A DNA stretch of 64,000 bases, taken from a virus (lineage: Duplodnaviria > Caudoviricetes). The DNA lies in the IMG/VR virus record IMGVR_UViG_3300030330_005435, positions 10,053-74,052 of that record, one strand, 5' to 3'. This document shows, piece after piece, positions 28,461-38,748 of this stretch. A model generated the notes under the pieces. The model did no database searches. It had not been told where the DNA came from and saw only the letters and a list, made by a program, of their open reading frames with translations. Positions within the stretch are counted from its first letter, which is position 1; the number at the start of each line of letters is the position of its first letter. The position numbers and the translations under genes were made by a program.

Positions 28461-31124
28461 TTACGACAGTATTTTTGATACTGTTGTTTTCCTTCTCTGT
28501 ATAATATTAACTACTGCTTCCTCAAAAAGTGGTGTATTAAATTTAACTTCTACTTGTCCTGTAACTTCTGTTTTTGTTGCTGCTTGAGCACCACCAGCAC
28601 CTGCAACCCTTGTCATGCCGAGAGCAGCGCGAGCGCCTGCCGTATTGGCTGCGCGTGCTGCCGCGGCTGTGGAGGTCATTGTTGTAGTGAACGCAATCGA
28701 TCTTTCGACGGGAATATCGTCCATTGCGTCTGCAATTTTTCTTATGGCTTTTACTAAGGCGTCTATCGCACTAACGTTGATATTTGACAATCCAGTAGCA
28801 AATTCTGCAATTGCTTCTAAATCTTTTGTCGCTATAAATTTTAGCGCTAAACCAAACGCCAACATACCTGCACCAACCGCAACAAAACCAAGTCCTGCCA
28901 TTGCTAAAAACGGACCCGCGATTGCTAAAGCGCCTACTAAAGCACCAAATGCAATTGCCTTGTCAATACTAATAGAATCAAACATAAGAGCCATACCAGC
29001 ACCCATAAGACCAACGCCTGCTGCAGCAACAAACACAGAACCAGCTAATGTGGCTATAAATGCGCCTGCAATTAATAAACCTGGGGCCGAAGCAACTGCC
29101 GCGGCGCCTAGTGCCGCCATACCCGTGGCTAAAATACCAAGAGCCGGCGCCAACAAATATGCACTAACAGCGGCTGTTGCAAAAACAGTCGCCATTCCTA
29201 TCATTTGCTCTAAAGAAAGAGTGCTAAATGCAATTGCCAAGCCAGCAAGAGCTAAAGATACCAGACCTACTGCTACGGCCATTTGCATAAGCGGCGGATT
29301 CATTGCTTGTATACCAGGAGCAGCCCTAGGGCCGACTTGACTAACGGCATACAGGGCCGCGGCCATTCCAAACAAAGCTAACACCACTTTTGAAGGTGAT
29401 GCAATACCTAGCGCTTTTGAAAGCAGGAATATGACGCCAGCTAGTAAGCCAACGTAGAAAACCGTTTTTCCCATGCCTTTTACTTGTAGTGCTTGGGCTG
29501 CAGCATTAACCTGTGTAACAACTGCGAGAACAATCATCACACCTTTATAGGTAATAAGTGCTGGAATAAGAAAATCAACATGCTTTGCGAACGTGGCAAA
29601 CAAATCAACCATTCTATGCAGTAAAGGTGCCAATTTAGTGCTCTCAGCTAACACTGATTGCAGTGTAAGTGCTAGTTTCTCTTGAGCGCTTTGCACATCC
29701 AAGGCTCTTTGTTTTTCTTCAATCAGTGCTTCAGCACTTTTGTTTGTAGAGCCAGCCAACATGTCCATATTACCTGACAGCATTAGCGCTAAATCTCCTA
29801 CATCGGAAAGTCCGAGTGATTCGGCGTAAAATTGCTTTTGATAATAGGACATTTCATCAAACGATAAGCCAGCGCTTTCGATAGCGTCCCTAACCATTCC
29901 AAAACGCTCAGCAGGATCGGTTGCCATCATCATATCCATGGCATTTACAAAATTGCCCCCTAAAGCTGCGTTTAGTTGGCCAGTCATTGTGGCTGCGTCT
30001 TCAAAAGTGTCAAACTTGTTCGTAATGTTTAGTACCTTATCTAATTCCAGACCTGTAATCTTAGAAATTCTTGATAATTCTTTAAATGTGCTAATCCCCT
30101 CGTTGCCAAACTTTGCTAGCGCAGGACCAGCTTTGGCAAATTCTGCTGCTAGAGCGCCTGGCTCTCGACCCAAGGCACGTGCAGTCGCCATAAGCTCTCT
30201 TTGCACTACCACAGCTTGACCTGCCGACTGTCCAAAAAGTTTTGTTGAGTTCTGTATACCTTTGGAGAAATCTTCTTGTGCAACGCCTAATTCTGCTAAT
30301 ACGAGTGCATTTTCAGTTATTATATCTCTTTGATCTTTGCCCAACATTGTAAAGTCAGTGAATGTTGTAGCCATTTCTTGTTGCATTTTGGTCGCATCTT
30401 CAATACTTACGCCTAATTCGACCATAGCGTGGTATTGTTCTTCGATTGATTGCGTATACGCGGGACCAAGCTGCATTTGGCGCTCAAAGCCTTTTGTAAG
30501 GTTATCAAACTCAAAAACTGTTTTTACCATAGCAGAAAAAAGTTTATCCATAACCCCAGTTACTGGTGACATGGCGCTTTTAAATTTCTCGGCATTTTCG
30601 GCAACGCCTTTCATATGATGAGCTAACTTTCCAATGCCGCTCAGAGATTCTATTTTTTTGAGTTCTTTTCTCTGTGTTTTAATTTTCTTGTTTGCTTCTT
30701 CAATTTTATCAACTTGATCTTGAAGTGCAATTGCCTGCTTTCGCATTTCAGGCGTAACTTGTTCGCCTTCAAGCGCAGCTTTAGCTTTTATTAATGTAAG
30801 CTGAGATTCAAGTTTTGCTTGAGCAGCTTCTAATTCAGCATTGGATAGTGCTTGTTTATGAAGTAAAGTTTCTGCAGTTTCTTTACGTTTGGCTGCTGTA
30901 GCTTCTTGTTGAGAAGCAATTCGCTCTTCTTGTTCCGCAATGTTTGCAATAGCCTTTACGCGGGCCTTAAGAAGCTTCTGGTCTTCGGCTAATCGGTCAC
31001 CCTGGTTTTTAAGTCGGCGCGCTGTTCTTCCTTCGGCTTCTGCTTGTGCTTCTTTAAGTTTAACAAGATCTTTGTTAAGTTGCACCAATCTTTCAATGTC
31101 TGATAATTTATCTTTATCGGCCAT
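28461..31124 (-). CDS. tail tape measure protein
   Basis: 887 aa; N-terminal coiled coil, Ala/Gly-rich hydrophobic C-terminal repeats; follows the tail chaperone genes. Confidence 0.85.
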   Translation of the reverse strand: MADKDKLSDIERLVQLNKDLVKLKEAQAEAEGRTARRLKNQGDRLAEDQKLLKARVKAIANIAEQEERIASQQEATAAKRKETAETLLHKQALSNAELEAAQAKLESQLTLIKAKAALEGEQVTPEMRKQAIALQDQVDKIEEANKKIKTQRKELKKIESLSGIGKLAHHMKGVAENAEKFKSAMSPVTGVMDKLFSAMVKTVFEFDNLTKGFERQMQLGPAYTQSIEEQYHAMVELGVSIEDATKMQQEMATTFTDFTMLGKDQRDIITENALVLAELGVAQEDFSKGIQNSTKLFGQSAGQAVVVQRELMATARALGREPGALAAEFAKAGPALAKFGNEGISTFKELSRISKITGLELDKVLNITNKFDTFEDAATMTGQLNAALGGNFVNAMDMMMATDPAERFGMVRDAIESAGLSFDEMSYYQKQFYAESLGLSDVGDLALMLSGNMDMLAGSTNKSAEALIEEKQRALDVQSAQEKLALTLQSVLAESTKLAPLLHRMVDLFATFAKHVDFLIPALITYKGVMIVLAVVTQVNAAAQALQVKGMGKTVFYVGLLAGVIFLLSKALGIASPSKVVLALFGMAAALYAVSQVGPRAAPGIQAMNPPLMQMAVAVGLVSLALAGLAIAFSTLSLEQMIGMATVFATAAVSAYLLAPALGILATGMAALGAAAVASAPGLLIAGAFIATLAGSVFVAAAGVGLMGAGMALMFDSISIDKAIAFGALVGALAIAGPFLAMAGLGFVAVGAGMLAFGLALKFIATKDLEAIAEFATGLSNINVSAIDALVKAIRKIADAMDDIPVERSIAFTTTMTSTAAAARAANTAGARAALGMTRVAGAGGAQAATKTEVTGQVEVKFNTPLFEEAVVNIIQRRKTTVSKILS

Positions 31125-31148
31125 GAAAAGCCCTCACTTTTATATCAA

Positions 31149-31155
31149 TAATTAG
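31149..31155 (-). promoter_or_regulatory. putative late promoter motif CTAATTA
   Basis: Between the terminator at 31164-31191 and the tape measure start. Confidence 0.55.
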
Positions 31156-31163
31156 TTATAAAT

Positions 31164-31191
31164 AAAAAAAGACAGAGTGGTTAACTCTGTC
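31164..31191 (-). terminator. intrinsic terminator after the tail chaperone genes
   Basis: GACAGAGT-TAACC-ACTCTGTC followed by T7. Confidence 0.8.
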
Positions 31192-31450
31192 AATCGCCAA
31201 TGAATCTCTTAAGGTCTTGCGGCATGGGTGGCGAATTTTGTGCAGTAAGCTCTGTAGAGCCGCTACCGCCCCCATTATGTGCTTTTTCAATGGCTTCTTT
31301 TTCAGCTTCTAGCTGTTTTATTAATCTTTGAACAAACCAGTCTCTCAATCCAACTGGTAAATTGTATGCTTCCGAAAATGACCAGCCTCCACTATATTTT
31401 AAGAAGAAAAACTGCTCATATACGTTTTCCATGTATTCATCGGTCAGGCC
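31190..31450 (-). CDS. tail assembly chaperone downstream reading frame (GT-like), probably reached by frameshift
   Basis: GLTDEYMENVYEQFFFLKYSGGWSFSEAYNLPVGLRDWFVQRL; overlaps the chaperone 3' end at a T7 run; internal ATG 31432 has no SD. Confidence 0.7.
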   Translation of the reverse strand, partial: GLTDEYMENVYEQFFFLKYSGGWSFSEAYNLPVGLRDWFVQRLIKQLEAEKEAIEKAHNGGGSGSTELTAQNSPPMPQDLKRFIGD

Positions 31451-32288
31451 AAAAAAAGTCCGCGGTGAGCGGCACCTCCAAATCTTGTTCATGACCGCAT
31501 TCAATGCACTCAAAGTGTTGTACCATGTCAACGTTCGGAGTAGCCAGCTTGTATACAAGACGCAAATGACGCGAATCGCTTGTTGGCATATTATCAACAA
31601 CATAATTGATATTTTTTTGCTCTGTGTCTCCGTTGACAGCTACAATGATATGTTTAAGCTGTCTAGTGACTGCATTTTCGTCCATTTTACGCTTGCGAGC
31701 ATTTTCTACTTGATCAAGCAATATTCTCTCATCAGAGCCATTTAGAAGCCTAAAAGTAGCTTCAACTTTTGTGCTTGGGAGAATTGTAGTGAAAGTGCCA
31801 TCATCATTTGGCGTTGCATCTTCAGGTAACAAACCTTGTCCATGATAAGTATCTAAGCCGCTCAAGTTAAAATTACACTCTTGAGAGGTGCTACAAGCGG
31901 GACAGGTTACGTTTGTTATATAATCGCTTCCATAGCCTGAAACTCTTGCTGCTATAATAATAGCGTTCCTATCTCCCACCAAAAGAGAAGTAGGTTTAAC
32001 GTTTTTATCCATAATAACACTGGAAATAACACGTTCAATCGCGATTCCCTTTTTAAGAAGAGATCTTGAAGTAAGAATATCTTCTTCTTTGGCCGTCATT
32101 TGCTTAATCTCAATCGTTTCTTGATTGTGAAGCGGATGGTTTGGTGGATAAAACAAACCTTTTGACGGAAGCTCTACAAACTCAGTTGGGACAACAAACG
32201 AAAATCCCACGTTTTCTTGTAGAGCCGGTTGTGGCGGGCCTGTATCTTCTGGAGTTGGCTGACCCATCCTGTCTCTATTTCGTGACAA
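31437..32288 (-). CDS. tail/baseplate hub assembly chaperone (T4 gp26-like)
   Basis: VPTEFVELPSKGLFYP, IKQMTAKEEDIL, CPAC and CIEC pairs, ending ADFFWPDR; lies between tube and tape measure. Confidence 0.8.
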   Translation of the reverse strand: MSRNRDRMGQPTPEDTGPPQPALQENVGFSFVVPTEFVELPSKGLFYPPNHPLHNQETIEIKQMTAKEEDILTSRSLLKKGIAIERVISSVIMDKNVKPTSLLVGDRNAIIIAARVSGYGSDYITNVTCPACSTSQECNFNLSGLDTYHGQGLLPEDATPNDDGTFTTILPSTKVEATFRLLNGSDERILLDQVENARKRKMDENAVTRQLKHIIVAVNGDTEQKNINYVVDNMPTSDSRHLRLVYKLATPNVDMVQHFECIECGHEQDLEVPLTADFFWPDR

Positions 32289-32312
32289 TGTACACCTCTA
32301 TTTTAAAGTATT

Positions 32313-32900
32313 TTACGATTTGAAGAACTCGCTACCTTGATTAAGTGTGGCGACTGATTTACCTTGTGGTGTTTCAACTCTCGCCCAGTCATACTTAAGG
32401 GTAACTGAAAGTTCTGTTAAGTTTTCATCACCATAAGCAAGTGTGTCTCCAAACTTGAGATCTGTGATGAATGCGTTCCAAAGTGTCCAAACTTCTAAGT
32501 CATTACCTTCGGCGTCAATTTGAGTGATGGTAACTGAACCAAGAGCATTAACGGCTGTTGCCTTGGACATTGTTTGAAGGCTATTAGCATTTGTGGGTGG
32601 CCTATAGCCTCCTTCTTGAACAATAGCAGCCATAGTAGCGGTCATATCAGGATCGTTTGGATCAACCATAGTAATTGTGATATCATTCCAAGTAACAGAG
32701 CCTGGATAGTAAAAAGTATGATTCAAATACTTGTGCTCTGCGGCAGAAATTGCAAATGATGGTTTAGCAGCAGTTTTTGCAAACCAAAGTGATGGGCCGT
32801 CTGGACCTTGAATTCCTTGAAATTCTATTCTAAATCGAAAATTTCTTTTCGGGTCCTTTATGGACGCTTCTAGACCGTGATTTTGTGACCAAAATGCCAT
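32313..32900 (-). CDS. tail tube protein (gp19-like)
   Basis: DPKRNFRFRIEF, YPGSVTWNDITIT, WTLWNAF, LSVTLKYDWA; follows the sheath gene. Confidence 0.88.
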   Translation of the reverse strand: MAFWSQNHGLEASIKDPKRNFRFRIEFQGIQGPDGPSLWFAKTAAKPSFAISAAEHKYLNHTFYYPGSVTWNDITITMVDPNDPDMTATMAAIVQEGGYRPPTNANSLQTMSKATAVNALGSVTITQIDAEGNDLEVWTLWNAFITDLKFGDTLAYGDENLTELSVTLKYDWARVETPQGKSVATLNQGSEFFKS

Positions 32901-32927
32901 TGTTGGGGTTCTCCTGTTAATCTATAA

Positions 32928-32934
32928 TATATAG
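32928..32934 (-). promoter_or_regulatory. late promoter motif variant CTATATA
   Basis: Upstream of the tube gene, just after a hairpin. Confidence 0.4.
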
Positions 32935-32937
32935 TTG

Positions 32938-32958
32938 CGCGGCTCGAAAAGAGCCGCG
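32938..32958. other. GC-rich hairpin between sheath and tube genes, no sense-strand U-tract
   Basis: CGCGGCTC-GAAAA-GAGCCGCG; possible mRNA stabiliser or partial terminator. Confidence 0.55.
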
Positions 32959-32965
32959 ACTTTTA

Positions 32966-35941
32966 TTAGTCTTCAAATGATGCGCCTGTTGAAGCAATTA
33001 CGAAGTCAATCGCAATGTACTCGATAGCGCGTGCTGGCTTAACCATAATCTTAGCATACATAATGTTTTGATCAATTAAGTCAGGGGTCGTTGTAGTTTC
33101 ATCGAGAATAAGTTTATAATCGGTGATACCGTACTGTGTTTTTACCGTTGAAAGGAATGGCTCGACAAGTCCCTTGAAGCGATTCCACGTGGTTTGTACA
33201 TTTTGTTCGAAAAGAACTTGAGTTGAAAGAATCGAGATTTGCTTCTTTAGGAAGATAACAAGTCTACGAACATTAATTCTATCAAGCGCCGACGCTCTTT
33301 CTTGGAGTGTTTTCTGTCCAAATACCACAAGTCCAGTAGACGGGAATGAGGCGATTGGATTAATCTTTGCTTCATAAAGAACATCTCTATCTTTCGAAGT
33401 AAGTCTTTCAGTCACGTTTGTGATTGGTATACCTGCCGCACCATCGGATAAACCACCGCGGTTAAATCCTGCTGGAGCGAACCAAAGGTGCGAACGCGCT
33501 TGCGAGGACGCAAGTACACCCATCATTGCAACACTTGGCGGGATCCAAACTAGTTGACTGGTTGGTTCATCAAGTGTTTGCACCCATGGGTAGAATGTGG
33601 CACCGTATGATGTGTCAAGTCTTCTATTCTTGAGAGCATTGGCAACGGCTTCTGCGCCAGCACCTAGACGGCCCGAGAATGTAGAACTATATGACTCATG
33701 ATTAGGAGTATAAATTCCTGCCAAGTCTACAAGCGACATAGCGTCACCTCTATCTTCGCAAACGTTTGTCATGTGTACCGTAAGTGCATCAGAAGTAAGC
33801 CCTGGCATAGTCAGCAAGTTCATGTCGACTGATTCAGGGTCCGCAACTGTATCAATTGCTCTTCGGACTGTAAAGAATGCTGAACTGTTTCTTTCGGTTT
33901 TTGTTGAGTCCATCAGAGAACTTGCGAATGGGTCGGGCTTCATAACATCTAAACCATCAAACCCGCCAAAGAACGGGGCAGTAAATCGGTTAACGCGCTG
34001 ATCAAGCAATCTTTCGTAAGATGCAGAGCTATAGGAGTCTCCTTCCTTGTGCGAACCTGATTCATAATAGAATAAATGGTTAGCGCCGCTTTCTTCTGCC
34101 CTGATATCGTTAAGAGTAAAGATATAAGAGAAACCTTGCACGCCGTCAACAGCTGTTACGGTATTATCAACAGTTTGTGCCATTCTAGAATCTAAAAGGC
34201 GATGCATATCAGCGACAGAATCGTCATGACGTGTCGTATCTTTAGACCTTGTGTTCATAAATCCGTAATATGCATTTTTCTGATCTGACAAGCCGCCGTC
34301 AGAGCCACTAACTCTAAGTCTGTCAATTGGAAATTCAAACGAAGCGTTAATTCGAGGCGCCTCGACACCAAGCGCATCACCTATCGACATGAATGGGAAT
34401 GCATTTCGGAACTTCTCGCCGCGAGTTGCTTCGAGCAACGCATCGCCTGTGGTTTTTGAAGGCGTTCCGAAGGCGCCTGAAGGCAATCTCACCATAGAAG
34501 TGGCTGGCACGGTGCAGCAAGAGCCGCCTGCAGAGTTGGAAATAAAGTTCACGCTTCTGTAGCGTGGAGGACCATAATAACCGAATGGTATGAGTTTTGT
34601 GTTGGTTGCCCCAGCTTCAACTTCAGTGTTCATATCAACGTAAACATATTTAGACATATTTGGATATGAACCGTATCTTCTGAGTTTGCGCTCTTGATTG
34701 TTCCACTCATGATAAGTATCACCAATTTTTCTGGCAACATAGTTAGGGGAAGCAGGGTTCAAGTTACAATTGTCAAAACGTTCCAGAACAATAACTCTAT
34801 TATCTGTATCTTGAAGTTGTCGAATCACAACAGAGAACGTTCCAAAATCATCAGTTGTAGAGGTCGATTGTCTAATTTTTTCAATCGAAACTTTGCAGTT
34901 TTTCTGCAACCATTCTCCGTGGCCGCGGCCAATAAGACGGAAAAGCTTTTGTGCATCTTCTGCAACATAAGTGCTTGGATCGCCGCTTAAATCTTGACCG
35001 ATAAACCAGCCTGCTCTTGCTTCTTGCGACGGCAAACGCCTTGCATGTGGGCCTGTGGTTATTGATGATGATAATGCTAACGGATAAATAACCCCTAAAG
35101 CAGCCGCATCAACCAAGTTTTTATCTCGTAAGGTTAACTCATAAGATTCGCCCAGCCAGTATGGTTTGTGAGCCGTAGAATCGTAATAAGTGCCAGCATC
35201 ACTTGTTAATGCAGGGTTGGTATTAAATTTGTCTCTAATAAAAGAGTCTTTGTTATCGTTGAAACCAAACTTAATAGTTTCATCATAAGTTCCGCCCGAA
35301 GACTTAATATTAACTGTGAACAAATTGTTGGAGTCAGTTTTTAAAAGCATTCCAATGCCGCTGTTATCTGCGGTACCGCTGCCGGCGAGGAAGGATCTGT
35401 CAGACCAGTAAGCGCCTGAAAGTTGAACTTGCGCGCCTGAATTACAATACCAAACGGCTGCTAATGATCCCGTTCCTGGAGTTGTTGCCGACTCAGAAAC
35501 ATAAGTGGAATTTGGGAACACGAACAGACCAAATGCGCCACCTTGCGAAGCAACAGCAGCAGCATCAGCGGTATTTGAAGTGTCCCAGCCCGCTTTGCCT
35601 GCGGTCTCTGCCTGTGGGTGTTCTGCTCCCAACAATCTAATGTAGGTAAGAGGGGCTACATTAGCTGCTAAGAAAGCTTTTGATGCGTATGTACCATACA
35701 TTGGTGAGTTGAAGTTACCTCTTCTGGTAACATCGCCACCTTGATTACCTGGCACTGTGTCTCCGAATACTTCTACAAATTCAGAATAAGACTGAACTTT
35801 AATCGGCTGCAAAGCCAATCCTCTTGTGGCGCGGCCAATTACAACTGGGCCGATTGCTTCCGAAGAGCGTGGACGAAATGAATTATCAATTTCATTAATG
35901 AACACTCCAGGAGATACGAACTTAAAACTTTTTACTGACAT
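32966..35941 (-). CDS. contractile tail sheath protein (gp18-like)
   Basis: FVSPGVFINEID, YGATFYPWV, WFAPAGFNRG, FGQKTLQ, LDRINVRRL, KPARAIEYIAIDF. Confidence 0.96.
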   Translation of the reverse strand: MSVKSFKFVSPGVFINEIDNSFRPRSSEAIGPVVIGRATRGLALQPIKVQSYSEFVEVFGDTVPGNQGGDVTRRGNFNSPMYGTYASKAFLAANVAPLTYIRLLGAEHPQAETAGKAGWDTSNTADAAAVASQGGAFGLFVFPNSTYVSESATTPGTGSLAAVWYCNSGAQVQLSGAYWSDRSFLAGSGTADNSGIGMLLKTDSNNLFTVNIKSSGGTYDETIKFGFNDNKDSFIRDKFNTNPALTSDAGTYYDSTAHKPYWLGESYELTLRDKNLVDAAALGVIYPLALSSSITTGPHARRLPSQEARAGWFIGQDLSGDPSTYVAEDAQKLFRLIGRGHGEWLQKNCKVSIEKIRQSTSTTDDFGTFSVVIRQLQDTDNRVIVLERFDNCNLNPASPNYVARKIGDTYHEWNNQERKLRRYGSYPNMSKYVYVDMNTEVEAGATNTKLIPFGYYGPPRYRSVNFISNSAGGSCCTVPATSMVRLPSGAFGTPSKTTGDALLEATRGEKFRNAFPFMSIGDALGVEAPRINASFEFPIDRLRVSGSDGGLSDQKNAYYGFMNTRSKDTTRHDDSVADMHRLLDSRMAQTVDNTVTAVDGVQGFSYIFTLNDIRAEESGANHLFYYESGSHKEGDSYSSASYERLLDQRVNRFTAPFFGGFDGLDVMKPDPFASSLMDSTKTERNSSAFFTVRRAIDTVADPESVDMNLLTMPGLTSDALTVHMTNVCEDRGDAMSLVDLAGIYTPNHESYSSTFSGRLGAGAEAVANALKNRRLDTSYGATFYPWVQTLDEPTSQLVWIPPSVAMMGVLASSQARSHLWFAPAGFNRGGLSDGAAGIPITNVTERLTSKDRDVLYEAKINPIASFPSTGLVVFGQKTLQERASALDRINVRRLVIFLKKQISILSTQVLFEQNVQTTWNRFKGLVEPFLSTVKTQYGITDYKLILDETTTTPDLIDQNIMYAKIMVKPARAIEYIAIDFVIASTGASFED

Positions 35942-35994
35942 GTTGTGAAACCCTCTTTACAATTTTGTATTAATTGATGTCCTCAATCATACTT

Positions 35995-36001
35995 TAAATA
36001 G
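35995..36001 (-). promoter_or_regulatory. putative late promoter motif CTATTTA
   Basis: Intergenic, upstream of the sheath gene. Confidence 0.6.
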
Positions 36002-36036
36002 TATTTTGGTTTTCAAAAGGATATTCAGAAACCAAG

Positions 36037-36068
36037 AAAAACACCATATCATGTCCTGAAGTGTTTTT
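36037..36068 (-). terminator. weak terminator-like hairpin
   Basis: AAAAACAC/GTGTTTTT inverted repeat at the stop of the upstream gene. Confidence 0.35.
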
Positions 36069-36933
36069 AAAAGTCTATTAAGCCACTTGGTAGCGTCGTT
36101 TCGGTGGGAAAGATGTATTCAACTGTATTTTCGTCAACTCGTACAATTGGTCGATCATCGTTAGGGCCCTCACCTATTAAGTACCCTAAAACTCTTATAG
36201 AAATCTCGGTATTAAACTCTCTTAAATCCTCATTAAGATTACTTAAGTTGTTGTTATGAGTAAAGTTTTGGTCAATAAAAACTTCATAAATGTGACCATT
36301 ACGATTCAAAACAAAAGCGTTAATTTGGCCTGTTCTGGCTATAAATGGTGTTAAAAGCTCATTCATACTTTGTTGATATTCAGTTTTAAGTTTGATCTTA
36401 TATTGTACATTAACATAAACAGGAATTGGTACAGACAACGTTCTAATGACTATTTTTTTGTTATTTCCTGGGAAAAATTGCTGTCTTTTACCGCGAGTAT
36501 TGGTTCTAGTTCCTGAAGCGATTGCAAAATTTTGAGTTTTATCAGGAACTATTTGTTTTGCAATAACAAAGCGTCCAGATCTGCCGTTTTTATCAACCGA
36601 AAATGTGTGCGCTTGAAATGACCCTTTTTGTTCAGGATTTTTAACTATATTTGTTCTTTCAATGCTTATTAAAGGTAACTTTAAGGTATTATTTTCATCA
36701 CGCAAGTTTTTTTCATTCTTAATCTGGTACGCTCTTTCGGGTACTTGCCAAAGAACAGGCACTTGTACACGACCCTCGTTAGTATTACAAAATAAATTTA
36801 GGTCTTTTTTTAACCACGAAGTAATTGTATAATCTATATCTTCGATAGTCGACGAATACATTCCAATCTCTTTAAGAGTAAATTCACTTGAACCTTCAGG
36901 TAATAACGCAAAATCAAAATTATCAGGAAGCAT
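36067..36933 (-). CDS. tail completion/sheath terminator-like protein (gp15-like)
   Basis: LPLISIERT and PVYVNVQY; lies between neck and sheath genes; start moved to MLPDNFDF. Confidence 0.65.
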   Translation of the reverse strand: MLPDNFDFALLPEGSSEFTLKEIGMYSSTIEDIDYTITSWLKKDLNLFCNTNEGRVQVPVLWQVPERAYQIKNEKNLRDENNTLKLPLISIERTNIVKNPEQKGSFQAHTFSVDKNGRSGRFVIAKQIVPDKTQNFAIASGTRTNTRGKRQQFFPGNNKKIVIRTLSVPIPVYVNVQYKIKLKTEYQQSMNELLTPFIARTGQINAFVLNRNGHIYEVFIDQNFTHNNNLSNLNEDLREFNTEISIRVLGYLIGEGPNDDRPIVRVDENTVEYIFPTETTLPSGLIDF

Positions 36934-37411
36934 CGAAAAGGCCCTTTCTTGCGCGCTTGCAAGTTGCAGAAATCTCAAAAGTTTGATCAACTTGACCAAA
37001 AAGCTTGCGAGGTTGAGATAGTTTTACAATCTCATAGTAAATATCGCCATAAAGAACAAAATCACCTTCTCTAACAAATACATCTTGATCTTGCTCCAAA
37101 CGACGCTTATGAAAGTTAACCGTTATTTGAGAAATCTTATCAATCCCAAACCCTTCTAAGTAATTTGTAGACTCATCATCAAACTTAACCAGAGCATACA
37201 CACGAATTGGAGGCAAAAAAGTTTTTTGAATTGCCTCGCCGTACATATTATGAAAATTCGTTGTTTGCATATCAATTGGATAATACAATATTTGCTGACC
37301 AATGACTTTTTCTACAAGCTCGTCATTGACTTGTTTTACTAAGTCACGCTCTTTTTTACCTAAAAAAAGCGGTGGTGGCGGTGCATCTGGTTTTTTCCAT
37401 TCATCACCCAT
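36923..37411 (-). CDS. neck/head-closure protein (gp14-like)
   Basis: VKQVNDELVEKVIGQQILYYP, NMYGEA, REGDFVLY. Confidence 0.75.
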   Translation of the reverse strand: MGDEWKKPDAPPPPLFLGKKERDLVKQVNDELVEKVIGQQILYYPIDMQTTNFHNMYGEAIQKTFLPPIRVYALVKFDDESTNYLEGFGIDKISQITVNFHKRRLEQDQDVFVREGDFVLYGDIYYEIVKLSQPRKLFGQVDQTFEISATCKRARKGLFDAS

Positions 37412-37416
37412 TTATA

Positions 37417-38688
37417 TTACCCCACATAAATTCCAAGAGGACTAATTTTAAGAACGTTGGTAGCTGCATCGGAAAGTTCTTGATCTTTCTTAGCCAATTC
37501 AGGGTATTCGACCTCTTTAAGTAATTCGGTAAGCTTTTCTCTAAGCTGTTGCTGTTCTTCTTTAGCCTGTGAAAGAAGTTCTGAGTGATTTAGTGTCACA
37601 CTTTCGCCAGGTATCGGCATTGTAGTAAATTTACCTCTAATTTGGCCCAACATTTCTTTACAAAGTGCAAGAGAGTATTTTCTTATCCACTGCATACCCA
37701 TCGAATTAATGTTCTTAAACGGAAGATTGTCGAATGGCACTGTGTTAATATTGTTTACACCCTCAACGCCAGAATTGTACGAACCAGTTTCAAATGGCTG
37801 TTGATCGATATAAAACTTAAACCATATTTCATCTGCGAGATGATCAAAGCCAAAATTAGATGGTGTTGGAAATAGTCTTAAATTGTTGTCGATTAGCTCA
37901 TACGAATAATGAGATGTTCTAGTATATATTGAATCTTCATACATTATAGCTTGCATTTTGTTTTGCCAAGTAGGAATTACCTCAAATGTAGAATCATCAG
38001 CAAACTGACCGTATGTCGAGTAGTTTCCAACGACACCTACACCTCCATAATACCCATAAAAGCGCCACATGGCCCTTGGAGAGCGGAAATAAACTTTTGT
38101 GACACGCAATTTAGTATTATTAATTAAGCCAGAATACGGAACAGCACGGTTCTCTTGGTCAACACCTGATTCAGACGCACTTTGTATAATACTTTGCAAA
38201 TTATAATCTTGCACATCTTCCAATATTTTAAATGAACCCGAATAATGCGGTGTTGTACCACCGAATCCTGCTGCGCTAGCTGCGCCGTCACCTACACGTT
38301 GTGAATATCCAAGACTAAATCTTGGATATTTAATATTGCTACCACTCGGCCCTGTTTTGAGATCACCTTTGTGATTAAATGTGCCCGTTGGTGAACCTAA
38401 AACAGTTGATAAAACATTTTTGGCCTGGTGCATGTTAACAATGTAAGAATACTCTAAAACTGCTTCTTCATATGAAGCATATACATTGTCAGCCGTAATT
38501 TCAATATCAACAACATCACCACCTAGCTTTTTGTAAACATATGCAACCTGTGCCGCGGCGCCGGTTACAAAACGGTTTGAACTTTTATAAGTGCCAATCG
38601 GCAAAGCTGATTCAACATCATCCGTGCTTCCCGTGGCTGTTAATACTATTGCGCTTGTTTGTGATTTTGGATTAAGATTAGCTGGCAT
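37417..38688 (-). CDS. neck/adaptor protein (gp13-like)
   Basis: KLGGDVVDIEI, WIRKYSLALCKEMLGQIRGKF, LNHSELLSQAKEE. Confidence 0.8.
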   Translation of the reverse strand: MPANLNPKSQTSAIVLTATGSTDDVESALPIGTYKSSNRFVTGAAAQVAYVYKKLGGDVVDIEITADNVYASYEEAVLEYSYIVNMHQAKNVLSTVLGSPTGTFNHKGDLKTGPSGSNIKYPRFSLGYSQRVGDGAASAAGFGGTTPHYSGSFKILEDVQDYNLQSIIQSASESGVDQENRAVPYSGLINNTKLRVTKVYFRSPRAMWRFYGYYGGVGVVGNYSTYGQFADDSTFEVIPTWQNKMQAIMYEDSIYTRTSHYSYELIDNNLRLFPTPSNFGFDHLADEIWFKFYIDQQPFETGSYNSGVEGVNNINTVPFDNLPFKNINSMGMQWIRKYSLALCKEMLGQIRGKFTTMPIPGESVTLNHSELLSQAKEEQQQLREKLTELLKEVEYPELAKKDQELSDAATNVLKISPLGIYVG

Positions 38689-38706
38689 ATGTGAAAACCC
38701 TCACAT

Positions 38707-38713
38707 TAAATAG
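38707..38713 (-). promoter_or_regulatory. putative late promoter motif CTATTTA
   Basis: Intergenic, 18 nt upstream of the neck gene. Confidence 0.6.
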
Positions 38714-38748
38714 TAAAGAGGGTCACAAAACTCAATGCTGTATATCGT

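Noticed and set aside
31460-31603. Long N-terminal extension of the 31190-31603 ORF
   Set aside because: It overlaps the chaperone coding frame; only the part after the T7 run looks protein-like
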